Origin: an uncultured Chloroflexia bacterium
Lineage (GTDB): Bacteria > Chloroflexota > Limnocylindria > Limnocylindrales > CSP1-4
Reading direction: 5' to 3'
DNA length: 64,000 bases
Assembly (NCBI GenBank): GCA_963763775.1
Contig: CAVXPZ010000001.1
Location: forward strand, 1,088,001 to 1,152,000
A program made the translations under genes and the position numbers. Below the pieces are notes generated by a model that worked only from the letters and a program-made list of their open reading frames with translations, ran no database searches and had not been told where the DNA came from. This document shows positions 63,261 to 64,000 of the stretch, one piece after another (position 1 is the stretch's first letter; the number at the start of each line of letters is the position of its first letter).

Positions 63261-63298
63261 GCGCAATCGAGTGTGTGCATTCGTTTGCACGATTGCGC
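63261..63298. promoter_or_regulatory. Putative LacI-family operator region of the arabinose operon
   Basis: GTGCATTCGTTTGCAC palindrome with central CG, nested in inverted repeat GCGCAATCG...CGATTGCGC. Confidence 0.6.
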
Positions 63299-63341
63299 AG
63301 TGACTCGCGATCCGACGATGACGCACCCGATGGAGGGGCAC

Positions 63342-64000
63342 GTGACGGACCTCAGACTCGGCATCAACCTCTGGAGCCAGGCGAGCGACTGGCCGTCGTT
63401 CCTCGCCGCCGGGAAGCGGGCCGAGGAGCTCGGCTACGACCACCTGTGGACGTGGGACCACCTGTACGCGATCTTCGGCGACCCCCATCAGCCGATCCAC
63501 GAAGGCTACGCCGCGCTGGCCGCACTCGCCCAGGCGACGTCGAGGATCCGGCTCGGGCTCTTCGTCGGCGCGAACACGTTCCGGAACCCGGGCCTGGCGA
63601 CCAAGTCGGTCGTCACCATCGATCACATCAGTGCCGGCCGGGCGATCTTCGGGATCGGCGGCGCGTGGTTCGAAGGCGAGCACCAGGCGTTCGGGTTCGA
63701 CTTCGGGTCCGGGTTCGGCCAACGTCTCGACTGGCTCGACGAAGCCGCGTCGGCGGTGCGGACCCTGCTCGACGGCGGCCAGGTGACCAGTGACCCGGGT
63801 GGCCGGTATGCCTTCGACGAGCTCCGGATCACCCCGTTGCCGGTCCAGGCGCACCTGCCGCTCATGATCGGCGGCGCCGGGGAGAAGAAGACGCTTCGGA
63901 TCGTCGCCCGGTACGCGGACATGTGGAACGTCTTCGGGACGCCGGAGACCGTGGCCCACAAGGACGCCGTGCTCCGGGCGCATTGCCAGGAGATCGGGCG
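63342..64000 (+). CDS. LLM class F420-dependent oxidoreductase, 3'-truncated by window edge
   Basis: Translated by hand: LGINLWSQ...WTWDHLYAIFG...VGANTFRNPG...IDHISAGRAIFGIGGAWF; paralog of 27402..28324. Confidence 0.88.
   Translation, partial: MTDLRLGINLWSQASDWPSFLAAGKRAEELGYDHLWTWDHLYAIFGDPHQPIHEGYAALAALAQATSRIRLGLFVGANTFRNPGLATKSVVTIDHISAGRAIFGIGGAWFEGEHQAFGFDFGSGFGQRLDWLDEAASAVRTLLDGGQVTSDPGGRYAFDELRITPLPVQAHLPLMIGGAGEKKTLRIVARYADMWNVFGTPETVAHKDAVLRAHCQEIG

Overview
A very GC-rich, gene-dense bacterial window. The gene content (F420 biosynthesis cofD-cofC-cofE with several F420-dependent enzymes, homodimeric AceE, many apparently leaderless genes) suggests a high-GC soil or sediment lineage such as Chloroflexota (Limnocylindria-like) or Actinomycetota; this is inference only. 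Many genes carry 1-bp indels, most likely long-read consensus errors, so several genes are reconstructed across frames and their boundaries are approximate. In order, the window holds: two PQQ/GSDH-type sugar dehydrogenases; a stress and signalling island (GlsB/YeaQ, small proteins, a sensor-less histidine kinase, a PAS protein with an unrecognised N-domain, GT4, a KdpD-like kinase); aceE divergent from a KdpE/OmpR-type regulator; pncA-SRPBCC-5'-3' exonuclease; an ECF sigma/anti-sigma pair with back-to-back promoters; mtnP; c-di-GMP enzymes; the F420 cluster; a YbjN-like chaperone plus CbbX/SpoVK AAA+ pair; a RelE-type toxin-antitoxin pair; ettA; a DinB/GNAT/AlkZ cluster; a ~2,900-aa modular secreted glycoside-hydrolase protein; TetR/DDN; a VapBC toxin-antitoxin pair; and an L-arabinose/beta-L-arabinofuranoside operon. 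I recognised no rRNA, tRNA, CRISPR array or transposase. The best candidates for undescribed systems are the giant modular protein, the YbjN-AAA pair, the ECF module and the split kinase/PAS island.
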